Shown here in pieces: positions 60,921 to 64,000 of a stretch of 64,000 nt of DNA. Below the pieces are notes generated by a model. That model ran no database searches. It had not been told where the DNA came from and saw nothing but the letters and a program-made list of their open reading frames with translations. The stretch is from NCBI GenBank assembly GCA_040220235.1, contig JAVJTO010000088.1, one strand, 5' to 3'. The stretch's first letter is position 1, and the number at the start of each line of letters is the position of its first letter. The DNA is from Coleofasciculus sp. B1-GNL1-01. GTDB taxonomy: Bacteria; Cyanobacteriota; Cyanobacteriia; Cyanobacteriales; Coleofasciculaceae. The position numbers and the translations under genes were made by a program.

Positions 60921-63900
60921 TCACACTGCTTCGGGTAAAGCTCCTTTCATCTTGCTTAACCAATCGATTAAATTCTCTAACTGTTTATTGGCTTTGAGAA
61001 CCCCTAATCCCCGTACTGTTACTTTACCAGGAGAATAGACAAAGCGCGATCGCAAATGTTCGGGCAGGTTTTCTTGTAATAGCTTCCAGGCGGGTTCCTC
61101 CATTGGTGTTTCTAGGGCGATGTGCTGTTTTCCTTCGGGTTTAATTCGACTAAATCCTAGGGATTTTGCCACCTGTTTGAGTTCGACAATCCGTAATAAC
61201 TGTTCAACGGGTGCAGGTAAAGGACCATAGCGATCATGCCAATCTGCGGCTATTTGGACTAATTCCGAATGAGAATTCGCCGCCGCAACTGTTCGATAGG
61301 CACTCATTTTTTGATCTAAATCGGGAATATAATCCGCAGGGATAAAGGCAGTGAGATTTAAGTCAATTTGGGTATCATCAACTTGCGGAATTTCTTGACC
61401 CTGAATTTCGCGAATGGCTTCTTGTAACATTTCCATATACAAATCAAAGCCAATTACGTCCATTTGTCCCGATTGTTCCGCCCCGAGGAGATTTCCCACG
61501 CCTCGGATTTCCATATCTCGCGTCGCCAGTTGATACCCGGAACCTAACTGGGTAAACTCCTGAATCGCCCGTAAACGCTTGCGGGCGGCGTCGGATAGGG
61601 TTTCTTGTTTGGGATAAAATAACCAAGCATGTGCCTGCACCCCGGAACGCCCGACTCGCCCCCGCAGTTGGTAGAGTTGGGCTAAACCAAAGCGCTGGGC
61701 GTCTTCAATCAGGATGGTATTCACACGGGGAATATCTAACCCGGATTCAATAATTGTGGTACAAACCAGGATATCCGCTTCCCCGTTACTAAAGGTAAGC
61801 ATGGTGGCTTCTAATTCCCCTTCGGGCATTTGTCCATGGGCAATTGCCAGTCTCGCCCCCGGTATCATTTCCCGCAATTTCGTGGCGACTTCTTCAATTC
61901 CCTCGACTCGGGGAACCACATAAAACACCTGTCCACCGCGATCTAATTCGGTGCGAATTGCCGTGCGAACCGCTTCGGGATTATAGGGGGCTAAATGGGT
62001 TTTAATCGGACGCCGGGAAGGAGGGGGAGTGGTAATTAAACTCATTTCCCGCACCCCAGAGAGGGACATATATAAGGTACGGGGAATCGGTGTGGCGGTT
62101 AAGGTGAGGACATCAACTTGGGTTTTTAGGGTCTTAATTTTTTCCTTTTGGTTCACCCCAAAGCGCTGTTCTTCATCAACAACTAACATGCCTAAGTCAC
62201 GGAATTTAACGCTTTTGCCTAAAAGTTGATGGGTACCAACAACAACATCTAATTCTCCAGTAGAAAGGCGGCGCTGAATTTCCTTACGTTCCTGGGCGGT
62301 ACGAAACCGATTCAGTAATCCCACATGAATCGGATAGGGGGCAAAGCGTTCTTTTAACGTGTGGTAATGTTGTTGGGTAAGAATCGTGGTTGGGGCGAGG
62401 AAGGCGACTTGTTTTCCGGAGGTAATCACTTTAAAAATTGCCCGCAGTGCCACCTCAGTTTTACCAAATCCCACATCCCCACAAACCAAGCGATCCATGG
62501 GGCGATCGCTCTCTAAATCTCGCTTTACGTCTTGCACGGCTTTGAGTTGATCAGGTGTGGGTTGGTAGGGGAAGGATTCCTCTAATTCGTCTTGCCAGGA
62601 TGAATCTTCCGGAAAGGCATGACCGGATCGTTGACTGCGCTGGGCATAGAGTTTGAGTAAATCAACCGCCAGTTTTTTAATGGTTTTGCGAACCCGATTT
62701 TTGGTCTTTTCCCAGGCTTTGCTGGACATTTTATTCAGTTGCGGCGCACGGCTATCGGCACTGCGATAGCGTGATAAAACCCCGACTTGATCGGCGGCAA
62801 CTCGTAATAAGCCATCGGCATATTTGATGACTAAATATTCACGGGTTTGATGGTTAAGGGTGAGGCTTTCTAGCTTGACAAATTGACCAATTCCGTGGTT
62901 TTTATGCACCACATAATCCCCAGGAGTTAATTTATTCGGGTCAACTTGTTTCGATGCGGCGCGGCGTCGCTTCCGCACATAACTGGGGGTGGCAAGGGTA
63001 TGCTGTCCAAAAAACTCGCGATCAGTAATTACAACCAAGCGAAATGTGGGCAGGATAAAGCCTTCCAATTCCGCTAATCCGGAATATTTTACCGCCACAG
63101 GTGTTTTCTGGCTTTGCAATTTATCAATTGCCGGATAATCGCGGGGATTGGGAACAAATTGAGCCGGACAATCATGTTCCTGTAACAGAGACACCGAACG
63201 ACTCGGTTGAGCCGAAACCAGCCAAACCGAAAACTTGCGATCGCGTTCACTGCGGACAATTTCTGCAAGTTTGGCAAATTGGTGTGGTGTGGCGGGAATC
63301 GGGCGGCTGGCTAAATTCACCGCCGTCTCATTGGTGGCTTCTGCTAGTTCCGATAAATAGAGTAAGGTTTGATTGTGTAGGGGCGGGTTTAGGGATTTTT
63401 GTTTCGTTGTTGATGATAACGTTTCATCCAAACCCGCCCTGACTGGGGTTTGAGTGTTGAATAATTGATCAAATGGACGATGCAGAGGGGGAAGAGGATG
63501 GGCTAACGTATCTAAATGATCTTGAGCATGTTCCACCCAGCGATCGCAATGAGCGCGACATTGTTCGGGTTCGTCAATGGCAATCACTGTATTATCGGGC
63601 AAATAATCCAACAGAGAAGCAGGTTTATCAAACGCCATCCCCAAAAAGCGACGACTCCCTTCCAGATGTCCCCCCGCTTGCCAAAGTGCCTGTTCCTCTT
63701 CCTCTAGATGGATTTGAACCTGTTGGGCTTGGGTATCACTAAGGGCATCAGTAATAATGGGGCTAAAATCAGTAGGGGTGAGTACCAGTTGCTCAATTTT
63801 ATCCAGGGAGCGTTGGGTTGCGGGGTCAAATTCGCGCAGTTGTTCGAGTTCATCCCCGAACCATTCCAAACGCACGGGTAATTCGGCAGCAACCGGGAAA

Positions 63901-64000
63901 ATATCCACAATATCACCGCGCCGACTCCACTGACCTTCCATTTCCACCAGGGGGACTCGTTCATAACCCAAGCGTGCTAATTGTTTATCGATGTCTTTCG
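60921..64000 (-). CDS. mfd: Transcription-repair coupling factor; 5' end outside window
   Basis: [45 protein letters not shown]. Confidence 0.97.
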   Translation of the reverse strand, partial: KDIDKQLARLGYERVPLVEMEGQWSRRGDIVDIFPVAAELPVRLEWFGDELEQLREFDPATQRSLDKIEQLVLTPTDFSPIITDALSDTQAQQVQIHLEEEEQALWQAGGHLEGSRRFLGMAFDKPASLLDYLPDNTVIAIDEPEQCRAHCDRWVEHAQDHLDTLAHPLPPLHRPFDQLFNTQTPVRAGLDETLSSTTKQKSLNPPLHNQTLLYLSELAEATNETAVNLASRPIPATPHQFAKLAEIVRSERDRKFSVWLVSAQPSRSVSLLQEHDCPAQFVPNPRDYPAIDKLQSQKTPVAVKYSGLAELEGFILPTFRLVVITDREFFGQHTLATPSYVRKRRRAASKQVDPNKLTPGDYVVHKNHGIGQFVKLESLTLNHQTREYLVIKYADGLLRVAADQVGVLSRYRSADSRAPQLNKMSSKAWEKTKNRVRKTIKKLAVDLLKLYAQRSQRSGHAFPEDSSWQDELEESFPYQPTPDQLKAVQDVKRDLESDRPMDRLVCGDVGFGKTEVALRAIFKVITSGKQVAFLAPTTILTQQHYHTLKERFAPYPIHVGLLNRFRTAQERKEIQRRLSTGELDVVVGTHQLLGKSVKFRDLGMLVVDEEQRFGVNQKEKIKTLKTQVDVLTLTATPIPRTLYMSLSGVREMSLITTPPPSRRPIKTHLAPYNPEAVRTAIRTELDRGGQVFYVVPRVEGIEEVATKLREMIPGARLAIAHGQMPEGELEATMLTFSNGEADILVCTTIIESGLDIPRVNTILIEDAQRFGLAQLYQLRGRVGRSGVQAHAWLFYPKQETLSDAARKRLRAIQEFTQLGSGYQLATRDMEIRGVGNLLGAEQSGQMDVIGFDLYMEMLQEAIREIQGQEIPQVDDTQIDLNLTAFIPADYIPDLDQKMSAYRTVAAANSHSELVQIAADWHDRYGPLPAPVEQLLRIVELKQVAKSLGFSRIKPEGKQHIALETPMEEPAWKLLQENLPEHLRSRFVYSPGKVTVRGLGVLKANKQLENLIDWLSKMKGALPEAV
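63377..63443 (+). repeat. Family A element in frame inside mfd
   Basis: GTAGGGGCGGGTTTAGGGA...AAACCCGCCCTGAC, near reverse complement of intergenic 59728-59794; encodes [22 protein letters not shown]. Confidence 0.92.

Noticed and set aside
59806..61061. Template/variable repeat pair of a diversity-generating retroelement
   Set aside because: Mismatches are not adenine-specific, most are silent, and no reverse transcriptase is present

Overview
This is cyanobacterial chromosomal DNA, probably from a filamentous oscillatorialean, judging by frequent HIP1 GCGATCGC octamers and heptamer/nonamer tandem repeats. Core genes are ffh-rpsP-KH-phoH, sbcC, msrP, wecB, a parA-like gene and the 3' part of mfd. 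Accessory DNA between them includes: (1) two modules of paired AAA_35 (STAND-like) ATPases, each coupling a membrane receptor (CHASE2 or periplasmic-binding-protein sensor) to a soluble partner that carries an N-terminal HTH where visible; one module is clustered with DUF928, a secreted TPR-CHAT protease and a TpsA exoprotein; (2) a TpsA-CHAT fusion with repeated TYSR motifs; (3) an FHA-VIT-vWA gene divergent from a sensor-less HTH-NB-ARC gene, separated by a 5-kb decaying island; (4) many toxin-antitoxin modules, in several of which only the toxin is broken; (5) a vapBC cassette bracketed by a 141-bp duplication of the mfd 3' end; (6) many tiny mobile repeats (TA-duplicating MITEs, GTAG-hairpin REP-like elements, SDR-like inserts), several read in frame inside proteins including Mfd and several tandemly amplified at their GTAG end. 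I recognised no CRISPR array, rRNA, tRNA or intact transposase. All domain calls come from motif recognition by eye, not from database searches.
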